NCBI GenBank assembly: GCA_041242255.1
Contig: JBESAV010000001.1
Location: 352,001 to 416,000, forward strand
Source of the DNA: Candidatus Altimarinota bacterium
Lineage (GTDB): Bacteria; Patescibacteriota; Gracilibacteria; UBA1369; GCA-2718715
DNA: 64,000 bases
Direction: 5' to 3'
Below, piece by piece: positions 18,866-28,579 of this stretch. The notes under the pieces were generated by a model. The model saw nothing but the letters and a program-made list of their open reading frames with translations. It did no database searches and was not told the origin of the DNA. Position 1 is the stretch's first letter. Every line of letters starts with the position of its first letter. The translations under genes and the position numbers were made by a program.

Positions 18866-19801
18866 ATGGAATATAGGAAAATCATTCAAGACTCATGGGA
18901 TTTCGCCCAGAACAATCGTTCAATAATGTTCTTATACGCCTTTTTGCCTGCGATTCTCAATGCTATTTTTAGCTTCTGCTTCATTGCTTATCAGTTTTAT
19001 TCCCTCAAGCATTCTCCAAACCTCAATCAAGGCTCAAGCGATCTTTTTGAAAACATAATGAACTTCATTAACCAAATTATCCAAACCCACCCAGAAGCCC
19101 TACTTCCTACGGCTATATTAGTTGTAGTTTATCTTTTAGCTTATACCTTTATCCCAATTATCTCAAAAGGGGCAATAGTCCAGCTTGCCGCAAGAATCCG
19201 CAACAACCAAACTCCCAAACTTCTCTCAGGAATCGGCTACGGTCTCCGTAGTTTTTTGCCACTGTTTGGTTTCAATCTTTTCTTAAACATTTTCTCATTA
19301 AGTACTATTGTAAGTTACTTTCTAATGGTTTTTAGAAATTTCAGTATCGAAACAACCAAGCTCTTCATACCAATTTTCATTGTATTATTTTTCGTTGGAG
19401 TAATAATGAGCTTCCTGTTCGCCTTCGCCGAAAACTATATAGTAATCGACGACAAACCAGTCGATAATTCAATTTTAGAAAGCTCAAAGTTAGTCCTAGA
19501 GCATTGGACTGAAACTATTTTCGTTCTGATCTTAATGGGATTAATTGCCCTGCGAATAATACTTAATATGCTTCTAATCTTCCTTATACCCCTAGCTATC
19601 TCTGTTGGAATAAGTTTCTTTGCCACCATCAATATCGCCAACATCGGCTACATTCTTTTCTTTGCAATACTTATTTTCTCAACTTACGTCATCGGCTACA
19701 TAGGCGGAACCTTTATACTTTTCGCCAATGCTGTTTGGACCTTCACCTTCCTTGAGCTAACTGGATCTAAATCCAAATCTCCAAGAACCCAAGTTGCTTA
19801 G
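18866..19801 (+). CDS. Multi-pass membrane hypothetical protein
   Basis: About 6 TM helices; I.DSW and SI.ES.KLV..HW patterns typical of GPDPase-membrane-like hypotheticals. Confidence 0.7.
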   Translation: MEYRKIIQDSWDFAQNNRSIMFLYAFLPAILNAIFSFCFIAYQFYSLKHSPNLNQGSSDLFENIMNFINQIIQTHPEALLPTAILVVVYLLAYTFIPIISKGAIVQLAARIRNNQTPKLLSGIGYGLRSFLPLFGFNLFLNIFSLSTIVSYFLMVFRNFSIETTKLFIPIFIVLFFVGVIMSFLFAFAENYIVIDDKPVDNSILESSKLVLEHWTETIFVLILMGLIALRIILNMLLIFLIPLAISVGISFFATINIANIGYILFFAILIFSTYVIGYIGGTFILFANAVWTFTFLELTGSKSKSPRTQVA

Positions 19802-20466
19802 TCAATAAACAAAAACTCGTTCAACTTAGCAATCTGCTTACAAATCTCTAACACTTTTTCTTCAAACCTATCCCCAATAACTTCTTTATCTGAAAGATTT
19901 TTTGAGACAGTAAAGCTCTTCATTCTTAAAAATTCAATCCCAGGATGATCTTCGCTATAAGCTCTAGGCGAAGTCTTTAAACGATTTTCTTGGCTTAAAC
20001 CATCAGGGAAAACCTTTTTAAATTCCTTATCTTTTAGAATTTTATCAAGTTGTACGTACTTAGTATCTATTTTCTTACGAATTCTCTTCAAGATCTTGGA
20101 GCTAGGCATATGAATTCCACCAGCCACAAAAGAATTACCCGGCTCTACATGAATATAATATACCGGAAAGCCATCTTTCATCTTCCCTTCAAAAATCTCA
20201 CCTGACAAAGAAGTTTTATAAGGTGTCTTATCTTTAGTAAAACGCATATCTCTATATATCCGAAAGGCTTTGGTCTTCGAATCAACATTACCTGGATTAA
20301 TATTTAAATGATCATCAAACCTTTGTAGCTTCAAAGCTACGTTCTGAATACTCTCCAAAAGTTCACTCTTCAGAGTCTTATATCTATCTTTTTGCCCCTC
20401 AAACCACTTACGATTATTGTTGTTTTTTACCTCTTTCAGAAATTCAAGGTGATCTTTCCTTAACAT
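19798..20466 (-). CDS. DUF2461 (TIGR02453) family protein
   Basis: NNNRKWF, FRIYRDMRFTKDKTPYK, YYIHVEPG and LKTSPR. Confidence 0.88.
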   Translation of the reverse strand: MLRKDHLEFLKEVKNNNNRKWFEGQKDRYKTLKSELLESIQNVALKLQRFDDHLNINPGNVDSKTKAFRIYRDMRFTKDKTPYKTSLSGEIFEGKMKDGFPVYYIHVEPGNSFVAGGIHMPSSKILKRIRKKIDTKYVQLDKILKDKEFKKVFPDGLSQENRLKTSPRAYSEDHPGIEFLRMKSFTVSKNLSDKEVIGDRFEEKVLEICKQIAKLNEFLFID

Positions 20467-20487
20467 AATTTATAATTAACCAGATAA

Positions 20488-20496
20488 ATTATACCA
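20488..20496 (-). promoter_or_regulatory. Extended -10 element (TGGTATAAT) for the DUF2461 gene
   Basis: Consensus TGnTATAAT 21 nt upstream of the ATG; the same arrangement recurs across the window. Confidence 0.6.
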
Positions 20497-20527
20497 AAGC
20501 CTCACCCAAATAATCTAATCCAATCCA

Positions 20528-21751
20528 ATGTCTCTCACTTTATTAATAATTTCTCTAGTCTCTGGACTTCTGACTGTACTAGCTCCATGTGTTCTCCCAC
20601 TCCTACCAGTCATCATCGGGGGGAGCCTAAGCAAAGATAAACTAAGACCACCATATCTGATCATCACATCGCTTTGTCTTTCTATTGTGATTTTCACTAT
20701 TCTACTGAAAACCAGCGTCGTTTCACTTGGCCTCCATCCTAATACTATCAAGTACTTCTCAGCAGGATTAGTTTTACTACTAGGTATCATCACACTCTTC
20801 CCTCAAATCTGGGATAAACTGAGCTTCAAACTAGGGCTATCTCAAGGTTCAAACCAACTCCTAGAAAAAGCCAACACCAAAAGTGGTGCAGTAAAAGATA
20901 TTTTAACAGGTATATCATTAGGTCCAGTTTTCTCCAGTTGTAGCCCGACCTATTTCCTTATCTTAGCAACAGTTTTACCTCAAAACTTTTTCAATGGATT
21001 AATAGCTCTATTAGTTTACTCATTTGGTTTATCTTTAAGTTTATTTGCCATTTCCATTCTCGGACAAAAGCTAGTTAAAAAACTAAAGTGGGCCGCCAAT
21101 CCGCATGGAAACTTCAAGAAAGTTATTGGTGTTATTTTCATTTTAGTTTCAATCGCAATTTTCACCGGATTCGATAAAAAAATAGAAGCCAAGATCTTAG
21201 ACAGCGGATTCTTTGATGTCACTCAATTCGAGAACCAACTATTAGAAAAAACCGAACCAATGCCAGAGGAAGAATCTTCAAGTCCAGAGGCATCAAACCC
21301 AAACCTTCAATCCTACACAGAGATAAAGGGCCCAACCGACTATCTAAACACGGATGAAGAGTTCCTCCTACAAGATCTAGTAGGAGAAAAAGTGGTTCTA
21401 GTAAATTTTATGACTTATGAATGTATCAACTGCCAAAGAACTTTTCCATACACCAACGATTGGTACGAAAAATATCAAGATCAAGGCCTAGAAATTGTAG
21501 GAATCCACACCCCTGAATTCAATCACGAAAAAAACATTAACAACGTCGAGGCAGCCCTTGAAAGATTTGATATCCAGTTTCCAGTCGTTTTAGACAACAA
21601 CAAAGAAACTTGGCGTGCATACCAAAATAGATTTTGGCCAAGAAGGTACATCATCGATAAAGATGGCTACGTAGTTTACGACCATATCGGAGAAGGGGAG
21701 TATGAAGAAACCGAAAAAGTTATCCAAGAAGAATTAGCTCGACTAAACTAA
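20528..21751 (+). CDS. DipZ-like CcdA/DsbD membrane domain fused to thioredoxin
   Basis: APCVLPLLP and FSSCSP in the TM domain; TYECINCQR, GIHTPEF and NRFWP in the Trx domain. Confidence 0.88.
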   Translation: MSLTLLIISLVSGLLTVLAPCVLPLLPVIIGGSLSKDKLRPPYLIITSLCLSIVIFTILLKTSVVSLGLHPNTIKYFSAGLVLLLGIITLFPQIWDKLSFKLGLSQGSNQLLEKANTKSGAVKDILTGISLGPVFSSCSPTYFLILATVLPQNFFNGLIALLVYSFGLSLSLFAISILGQKLVKKLKWAANPHGNFKKVIGVIFILVSIAIFTGFDKKIEAKILDSGFFDVTQFENQLLEKTEPMPEEESSSPEASNPNLQSYTEIKGPTDYLNTDEEFLLQDLVGEKVVLVNFMTYECINCQRTFPYTNDWYEKYQDQGLEIVGIHTPEFNHEKNINNVEAALERFDIQFPVVLDNNKETWRAYQNRFWPRRYIIDKDGYVVYDHIGEGEYEETEKVIQEELARLN

Positions 21752-21778
21752 AAAGACCCTCCATCCGGAAGGTCTTTT
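21751..21778. terminator. Bidirectional terminator
   Basis: AAAAGACCCTCC-ATCC-GGAAGGTCTTTT between convergent genes. Confidence 0.7.
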
Positions 21779-21786
21779 GGGTAGCT

Positions 21787-22368
21787 TTAGCAGTCTAATA
21801 GTTCATAGTCCAATGTTGCCAGCTCTAGTGCATCTTTATTTTTGATCTCGATAGATTTAACTCCTTCTAAATCTTCCTCTCCAGCTTCTTTAAGAAGTTT
21901 TTGAAGATTCTCCCACTCTTTATCTCCTGAATTGAATGTATTTAGAAGAATAACTTTATACGGATCAACTTCCTCGATCAAAACCATCATATCTGATTCT
22001 GACAGTTCACTTGATAGTATCAATACATCTACATTTCCAAATTCAGCAATCTTTTTCTTATCAGGTACTTTCTTCAACGGAGCAACAACACATAGTCTCA
22101 CTCCATCCACTTCCATACTCTGAGTTCTTACTTCTTTCTTTCCAGTGTCATGAGCAATCGAATGAACCAAAACTCCCTTCGCTTCATATTCTCCAGGCCA
22201 GTCAAAAACTTTGTATCCTTCATCTTCCTCAAGTTTTTTTTCATCAAAAGTTGTTAAAACAATTTGAGGTTTATGTTTTTTTATTCCCTCTTTTGTAGGG
22301 TTTACAAGTATCTTTGCATCCTGTCCCTCAATACTCAATAAGGCACCATCAACTGATTTTATTTGCAT
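21787..22368 (-). CDS. Metallo-beta-lactamase-fold protein (Lactamase_B_3-like), metal ligands degenerate
   Basis: FDWPGEYEAKGV, GNVDVLIL and IEEVDP motifs; HxHxDH absent. Confidence 0.7.
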   Translation of the reverse strand: MQIKSVDGALLSIEGQDAKILVNPTKEGIKKHKPQIVLTTFDEKKLEEDEGYKVFDWPGEYEAKGVLVHSIAHDTGKKEVRTQSMEVDGVRLCVVAPLKKVPDKKKIAEFGNVDVLILSSELSESDMMVLIEEVDPYKVILLNTFNSGDKEWENLQKLLKEAGEEDLEGVKSIEIKNKDALELATLDYELLDC

Positions 22369-22462
22369 ATATCTCATTAAATTCTGCAAGGATTCTAGCA
22401 AAATTAGCCTATTTACTAAAGTCCAAATAATCTATAATTAAACCAAACCTAATACAAAGTTT

Positions 22463-23689
22463 ATGTTCAGCATCAAGTCAGTTTTCGCCCGTGAAGTCTT
22501 AGATTCAAGAGGAAATCCAACCGTTGAGTTAGAAATGATTTCAAGTCACGGTGATAAAGCCTGGACTCAAGTGCCATCTGGTGCATCGACAGGAAGTTTT
22601 GAAGCTCATGAACTACGCGATGAAGACCCTAAAAGGTTCCATGGAAAAGGAGTACTCCGAGCATGCCAAAACATAAACAAGAATATCAAAAACCACATCC
22701 TCGGATTCAAACTAGGTAACCAAGAAGAATTCGATAAGCTACTTCTAGAGCTAGATGGAACACCAAACAAAACAAACCTAGGTGCAAACGCCATCCTAGC
22801 TTGTTCACTAGCTTACGCCCGCTTATCAGCCCAATGCAATAAGCAGCACCTGTACCAATACCTATCACCAGACCAACCAAAACTTCCTGTTCCTATGTTC
22901 AATCTGATCAATGGAGGAAAACACGGGGGTGGAAACATTGATATCCAAGAGTTCATGATAGTTCCACACGGGATCAAAACTTTCCAAGAACAATACCGTG
23001 CAGCCAGCGAAATCTTCCATACCCTCAAGAAAATCCTTAAAGAACTAGGCTTCAGCACAGCAGTAGGGGACGAGGGTGGATTCGCTCCTGCTCTTGAGTC
23101 AAATTTCCAAGCCCTTGATCTACTTTCTGAAGCAGTTGATAAATCAGGTTATAAGCTAGGTGAAGAAGTATCTTTCGCTCTAGATGTTGCAGCTAGCGAA
23201 ATCTTCCAAGACAACAAATACACATTTGATGGAAAGCAAATTTCATCAGATGAACTCCAAAAACATTATGAAAAAATGATGCAAGAATACCCAATGCTAT
23301 CCATAGAGGATCCATTCCACGAGGAAGACTGGGCTGCTTGGTCAAAATTCAAAAAAGCCAACGGTGAGCAAGTTCAAATAGTAGGTGACGATCTAACTGT
23401 AACCAATCCAGAACGCATCAAAAAAGCCATCAAGGAAAAAGCCATCAATTCCACTCTGATCAAGCTAAATCAAATCGGAACCCTAACTGAAACTTTAGAG
23501 GCCATCAAAGTTGCCCGCTCCGACAAACAAACTGTAGTTATTTCTCACAGAAGCGGGGAGACGGAAGACAACTTCATCGCTGATTTTTCAGCAGCCATTC
23601 AAGCCGAATATATCAAAACAGGATCGGTCTCAAGAATCGAAAGAATCGCTAAATACAACCAACTCCTCAGAATCGAAGAAAAGATATAA
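22463..23689 (+). CDS. eno: Enolase
   Basis: DSRGNPTVE, PSGASTG, GDEGG, KLNQIG, SHRSGET and RIAKYNQL. Confidence 0.98.
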   Translation: MFSIKSVFAREVLDSRGNPTVELEMISSHGDKAWTQVPSGASTGSFEAHELRDEDPKRFHGKGVLRACQNINKNIKNHILGFKLGNQEEFDKLLLELDGTPNKTNLGANAILACSLAYARLSAQCNKQHLYQYLSPDQPKLPVPMFNLINGGKHGGGNIDIQEFMIVPHGIKTFQEQYRAASEIFHTLKKILKELGFSTAVGDEGGFAPALESNFQALDLLSEAVDKSGYKLGEEVSFALDVAASEIFQDNKYTFDGKQISSDELQKHYEKMMQEYPMLSIEDPFHEEDWAAWSKFKKANGEQVQIVGDDLTVTNPERIKKAIKEKAINSTLIKLNQIGTLTETLEAIKVARSDKQTVVISHRSGETEDNFIADFSAAIQAEYIKTGSVSRIERIAKYNQLLRIEEKI

Positions 23690-23713
23690 AAAAAGCCCTT
23701 CAAAGGGCTTTTT
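23690..23713. terminator. Bidirectional terminator eno/hisS
   Basis: AAAAAGCCCTT-CA-AAGGGCTTTTT. Confidence 0.8.
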
Positions 23714-23721
23714 CTTTGTTC

Positions 23722-24975
23722 TTAAATCGACATCTCTTCCTGCTCTCCACTACTCATGTCCTTTACAACTAGAGTTCGATCTTTTTCATATTTCCCAACT
23801 TCATCTTCTCCAAGTACAACCACTTTATTGATACCTCGTCTTTCAGCATACTTAAACTGTTTACTTAGCTTCAGGTTGTCACCCATGTATACCTCAACAG
23901 TTTTGCCACTTTCTCGTAATACATCAGCTACTTTCATAGCTTTCAACCTTAAAGAATCATCAAATACAGTCACCAAGTATTCGGCAACTACATCAACATT
24001 ATCCAATAAGCCTTGCTCTTCCATAACATCAACAACTCGATCAAATCCAAGCCCAAAACCAATTCCAGAAAGTACTTCCTTACTAAACATCCCAAGCAAA
24101 TCATCATACCTACCTCCAGAACATATCGAACCAATCTCCGATCCTTCTACGAAAGTCTCCATGACCATTCCCGTGTAATAATCCAATCCACGAGCCATAC
24201 TCGGATCAAACTCTACATATTCTTGTAGCCCAAGCTCACAGACCATTTCCCAAATCTCTTCAATCCTTTCAGTCGAGTAGTCAGACATATCTACCAGCCT
24301 AGTCTCAGAGTCTCCTGACCTTTCTAGTAAGACGTTAATGATCTCCAAATTTCCTTTACCATCAAGCAGTTCCAAAACCTTCTCAACCCCAATCTTATCA
24401 ACCTTATCAATAGTTGATATAACTTCACTTTTATCACTTTCATCTACTCCTGCCACTTTCAAAACACTCTCCAAAAATTTCCTATCCGAAAACTTTACTT
24501 TAAATCCTTTCACTCCAAGCTCTTTCAAAACGCTCACCACCACTTGAATAACCTCAATATCACTCAACACACTCTCGCTACCAATAATATCGATATCACA
24601 TTGCGTAAATTGTCTGTACCTTCCTTTCTGAGGCTTATCTGCTCTGAATACATTCCCAATCTGAAACCTTTTATAAGGTCGAACTAACGTCCCTAAATTC
24701 TCAGCTACATATCTAGCAAATGGAACTGTTTGGTCATATCTCATCGCAACCTCGCGATCACCATTGTCGGTAAAGTTGTAGGTCAACTGATCACCTTCGT
24801 CTCCATATTTTCCAAGTAAAATCTCAGAATACTCCAAAATAGGCGTTTCAATCTCTGCATAACCAAACCTACGGAAAACATCACGTATAATTTTCTCAAC
24901 ATGTTTTCTCTTAGCCATTTCAACCTGGTCAAAGTCTCTAAATCCCTTTAAAACCTTTGGTTCAATGATACTCAT
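23722..24975 (-). CDS. hisS: Histidine--tRNA ligase
   Basis: KGFRD, RYDQTVPFAR, GRYRQFTQCD, RGLDYYTG and GGRYD. Confidence 0.97.
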   Translation of the reverse strand: MSIIEPKVLKGFRDFDQVEMAKRKHVEKIIRDVFRRFGYAEIETPILEYSEILLGKYGDEGDQLTYNFTDNGDREVAMRYDQTVPFARYVAENLGTLVRPYKRFQIGNVFRADKPQKGRYRQFTQCDIDIIGSESVLSDIEVIQVVVSVLKELGVKGFKVKFSDRKFLESVLKVAGVDESDKSEVISTIDKVDKIGVEKVLELLDGKGNLEIINVLLERSGDSETRLVDMSDYSTERIEEIWEMVCELGLQEYVEFDPSMARGLDYYTGMVMETFVEGSEIGSICSGGRYDDLLGMFSKEVLSGIGFGLGFDRVVDVMEEQGLLDNVDVVAEYLVTVFDDSLRLKAMKVADVLRESGKTVEVYMGDNLKLSKQFKYAERRGINKVVVLGEDEVGKYEKDRTLVVKDMSSGEQEEMSI

Positions 24976-25054
24976 GAAAAGAAAATTAAAAATACGTATT
25001 TGACGCTAATAAACTTAAAGTTTAATTTATCTTTAGTCAATAAACCCAAGATCA

Positions 25055-25801
25055 GTGTTAGGAATATACGATTCTGGAATCGGCGGAGTTGCAGTCTTAA
25101 AGAAGCTCCAAACCATCCAACCCAATATGAGCTTCATATATTTAGCTGATCAGGAGCTTTTCCCAATTGGTCAAAAAACAAACCAACAAGTATTAGAACG
25201 ACTTCACCAGGTATTTCAATTCTTCATCAAGAAAAAATGCTCTGAACTCCTATTAGCCTGCAACACGGTCAGTGCAATTTATGCAGTGAATCACAAAGAG
25301 TTCGAAGAATACACTGATACTATAAAGGTCCAAACAATTACAGGACCAACAGTGAAGCTTTTACAAGATAATTATCCACATCTGCAAAAAACCACTGGAG
25401 TGATGATTGCGACAACTGCAACAATAAATTCACAATATTACCAAACCAAGCTTTCCGAATTTAAAAAACTCAAATACACCTACCTACGAACTCTAGCATG
25501 GGCAATCGAGGAGCAAAACTATGCCGAAATTAGAGAAAGCCTCCTCCAAAATTCACACTTAAATTGGAAGTCACTCAACTACATAATCCTAGGTTGCACT
25601 CATTATACTTGGATCAAGCCAATTTTCATGTTCCTCAACCCAAATATGATTGTAATCGATCCGGTAGAGGAGACAGCAGGCTACCTAGCCAAAACTTTAA
25701 ATCTCAAAGAGAAAAAACGACCAACCCAAAAATTCTACTCAACTGGAGGTAAGCTCAAATTCACAGATCACAACTATAAGTTCAAGAAAGTTCGGATTTG
25801 A
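25055..25801 (+). CDS. murI: Glutamate racemase
   Basis: DSGIGG, ACNT and LGCTHY with both catalytic Cys. Confidence 0.88.
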   Translation: MLGIYDSGIGGVAVLKKLQTIQPNMSFIYLADQELFPIGQKTNQQVLERLHQVFQFFIKKKCSELLLACNTVSAIYAVNHKEFEEYTDTIKVQTITGPTVKLLQDNYPHLQKTTGVMIATTATINSQYYQTKLSEFKKLKYTYLRTLAWAIEEQNYAEIRESLLQNSHLNWKSLNYIILGCTHYTWIKPIFMFLNPNMIVIDPVEETAGYLAKTLNLKEKKRPTQKFYSTGGKLKFTDHNYKFKKVRI

Positions 25802-26366
25802 TAAGATTATATACAAAATCACAAAATAACCTCTTTGATTTATCAACGTCTTCAACATTCACAAACACATGATCTACATGAGGTATAACATTATCAGCTG
25901 AGTCGGCTAATCTTAGTTTAATCTGTTCAGCTTTTTTCTCAAACAAGTCTGGCGATCTATCTTTAAGTCTTTGCAGCCTATCTTCATAACTAGCAGTAAT
26001 CCCAACAATAATTGTTTCTTGAAAGAAGCCACTAGGATTCACCTTATCAGGATATTGATAAATGGCATTATTTGCAGAATAAACAGCAATCTTTCCCTTA
26101 GCAGGTTTAGCAAAAGCATAATGCATAGTCTTATCCAAAACACGATCCCAAGCCACAGCTAAGTCATTATTAGATTGTAATTTTTCCAACTCTTCCGCAG
26201 AAACATAACTATTCTCAATCAAATTATCTCCTTTCCTTGGGTCTCTTGTAATAAATCTTTTAGGAGTATCAATAATATCTTTTAGTCTCTCATCTTCAAA
26301 TAAACTTCTAACTAGAGTAGTTTTCCCAACTCCACTTGATCCAATAACTGTTATTCCTTTTTTCAT
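25782..26366 (-). CDS. Guanylate kinase/PhnN-like P-loop kinase
   Basis: GSSGVGKT, RFITR and RLKDR lid. Confidence 0.65.
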   Translation of the reverse strand: MKKGITVIGSSGVGKTTLVRSLFEDERLKDIIDTPKRFITRDPRKGDNLIENSYVSAEELEKLQSNNDLAVAWDRVLDKTMHYAFAKPAKGKIAVYSANNAIYQYPDKVNPSGFFQETIIVGITASYEDRLQRLKDRSPDLFEKKAEQIKLRLADSADNVIPHVDHVFVNVEDVDKSKRLFCDFVYNLIKSELS

Positions 26367-26975
26367 CTAAATTTTATTACAAAACATCCATACTATTGGC
26401 ATTTCATCAGGAAGTATAATCTTGTCTATCTGAAACAAACTCTTCTCTTCAACCAATTCTTGCAAGAATTCTAGCTTGTAATCAGTAAAATGTCTATTAG
26501 CCCCGACCTTATGGTCAGATACATAAGATCTATAACTTAAGTTATTTTTAGTATTTAATTTAACTGAAAATCCCATAAAACCATTAGGATTTAAGTGTCT
26601 GTGTATGTTTTCCAAAGCATTAATAAAATCTTCCATTGAAAGATGTAGCAAAACCATATTTGCAATCACACCATCAAACATAATATCTTCAGAAACATCA
26701 GTTTTGGTAACATCAAAGTAGATAGCATGATCATCATTTTTTAAGAAGCCACCTACAAAGTCAGAAGGTAGTATGTCTACTCCTCGAGATCGAAGGTAAT
26801 TAGCATCTCTCATTGGACCAGAGCCAATCTCTAATCCAATTCCAGTCCCTATTCTCTCAGCAAAATAATCCAAAATTACTCTAAGATCATCAGGTACATT
26901 TTTTGCAGTATTCTCGACATACTTTTCATAACACTCTGAATATGTGACTCTGGTTAAACGTTTATCGTATTTCAT
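26367..26975 (-). CDS. Class I SAM-dependent methyltransferase
   Basis: LEIGSGPMRD, FDGVIANMVLLH and LNPNG. Confidence 0.8.
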   Translation of the reverse strand: MKYDKRLTRVTYSECYEKYVENTAKNVPDDLRVILDYFAERIGTGIGLEIGSGPMRDANYLRSRGVDILPSDFVGGFLKNDDHAIYFDVTKTDVSEDIMFDGVIANMVLLHLSMEDFINALENIHRHLNPNGFMGFSVKLNTKNNLSYRSYVSDHKVGANRHFTDYKLEFLQELVEEKSLFQIDKIILPDEMPIVWMFCNKI

Positions 26976-27028
26976 ACATATAATTTAAAAACTCATGCTC
27001 ATTGCATCAGTATCAAGTGAAAACTTTT

Positions 27029-27103
27029 TGGTTGCGGAGGGTGGATTCGAACCACCGACCTTCAGGTTATGAGCCTGACGAGCTGCCACTGCTCTACTCC
27101 GCA
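27029..27103 (-). tRNA. tRNA-Met(CAT), initiator-type
   Basis: TGCGGAGTAGAGCAGTGGCAGCTCGTCAGGCTCATAACCTGAAGGTCGGTGGTTCGAATCCACCCTCCGCAACCA folds as a cloverleaf; A11-U24 pair; encoded CCA. Confidence 0.95.
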
Positions 27104-27199
27104 AGTACTTTTTACACTTTATGAAAGTTCTTGTCAAATTTTAAAGGGTGATTCTTAAGCAAAGTTTTCATGGGAAAAGTGTTATAATTACAACGTTTA

Positions 27200-27778
27200 A
27201 TGCTTTACATGCAATTTAAAGACCACCTAATAGGGGAACGAATATCACTTCGTAGAACCTTACCAATTAAAAAAACAGCTGAATCTTTATTTAGTTTAAT
27301 CGATAATAGCCGTAAGTTTCTAGAGCCTTGGTTGATGTGGGTTTCTAAAACTAATTCTGTAAGCGATACGGAATCCTATCTTGCACAGAAAGAAGAAGAA
27401 TATAAACAAGGATCTAAAATTGAATATGGAATTTATCTTGGAGATATATTAATCGGAAGTATTGCCCTCGTGGATATAAGTGAAACTAATAAATCAGCAG
27501 AGATTGGATACTGGATTTCAAAAGATTTTACTAGTAAAGGTTATACATCCGAGGCATTAAAAATTATTGAAGAATTTGCTTTTGAGGATTTAAATTTAAA
27601 TAGAATTCAAATTAAATGTGATGAACTCAACAAACCTTCATGTCGCGTTGCTCAAAAGTGTGGCTACAAATATGAAGGTAAACTACGAGAAGATACATAT
27701 AATTCTTACGATCATACTCTTCGAAATACTTTAGTTTACTCTAAACTAAAATCAGATCGTGCTACTCAAAAAAGTTGA
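27200..27778 (+). CDS. RimJ/RimL-family GNAT acetyltransferase
   Basis: FLEPWL, AEIGYWI..KGY and N.PS.RVAQKCGYKYEG; TGTTATAAT at 27180-27188. Confidence 0.88.
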   Translation: MLYMQFKDHLIGERISLRRTLPIKKTAESLFSLIDNSRKFLEPWLMWVSKTNSVSDTESYLAQKEEEYKQGSKIEYGIYLGDILIGSIALVDISETNKSAEIGYWISKDFTSKGYTSEALKIIEEFAFEDLNLNRIQIKCDELNKPSCRVAQKCGYKYEGKLREDTYNSYDHTLRNTLVYSKLKSDRATQKS

Positions 27779-27828
27779 CCAAAAACAAAAAAAGTATACA
27801 TTGAAGGCACAAACCTAGCCCCAAAAGC

Positions 27829-27984
27829 ATGACTAATCAAACAAAGGACATTTGGCTTATGATGAAAGACAAGATTAGCTCACTAAGGCGGTCCAGGGAC
27901 TACCAAGTGAATCTACAGGTTGAAGACGAAGAAGAGGATGATTTCATAAACGGTTTTGAAGAAGACGACAACATATTTGAATAG
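27829..27984 (+). CDS. Uncalled 51-aa protein with highly acidic tail
   Basis: MTNQTKDIWLMMKDKISSLRRSRDYQVNLQVEDEEEDDFINGFEEDDNIFE fills the gap up to the pgl stop. Confidence 0.5.
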   Translation: MTNQTKDIWLMMKDKISSLRRSRDYQVNLQVEDEEEDDFINGFEEDDNIFE

Positions 27985-27985
27985 T

Positions 27986-28579
27986 CTACCTCAGGTAAAA
28001 AACATCAACTCTACCTTTATATTGTCTTAAAAAATAAGTAATAGGGGAATCCCCACTATTACTTTTTATATTATTCAAAACTCCCTTTTTGCTATTTCCT
28101 ATTAAAACGATAACTATTCGTCTAGCTTTCAGAAGGTATTTACTACTTAAACTAACTCTATCTCCAAAAACATGCTTTTCAGTATGGGTATCCACAATCT
28201 TATTATCATCTTTCTGCAAATCCGGAGCATCAAACAAAGAGGCAAAATGACCATCAGAACCAACTCCCATCACCACTAAGTCTAGTTCCTCAGGCAGCTT
28301 TTCTTGGTATTTAGAGTCATGCCACGGACTCAATATATTCAACTCATTATTCATACCTTTAAGCTGACCAAAGTTACTATCTTTATGATCTTTAGGAACT
28401 TTCCTTTCATCTATCAAAAACCAATTATTCTCAGCGGCCATACTGTCATAAATATGTTCCACAACTCTCCCAGCAGAACCACCACTTATTCCAATGTTAG
28501 AATTCTTCATTCCTTCAAATTCTTCCAGAACTCTTTCCCAAAACTTACTCTCATTCCTAAACTCCCAGAACTTAATCAT
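27986..28579 (-). CDS. pgl: 6-phosphogluconolactonase
   Basis: SGGS, DERKVP..DSN and MGVGSDGHFASLF; in an operon with zwf and gnd. Confidence 0.88.
   Translation of the reverse strand: MIKFWEFRNESKFWERVLEEFEGMKNSNIGISGGSAGRVVEHIYDSMAAENNWFLIDERKVPKDHKDSNFGQLKGMNNELNILSPWHDSKYQEKLPEELDLVVMGVGSDGHFASLFDAPDLQKDDNKIVDTHTEKHVFGDRVSLSSKYLLKARRIVIVLIGNSKKGVLNNIKSNSGDSPITYFLRQYKGRVDVFYLR

Noticed and set aside
25770-27030. Integrative element at the tRNA-Met 3' end (also checked at tRNA-Gly)
   Set aside because: No duplicated tRNA 3' end and no integrase found; kept only as a compositional islet.
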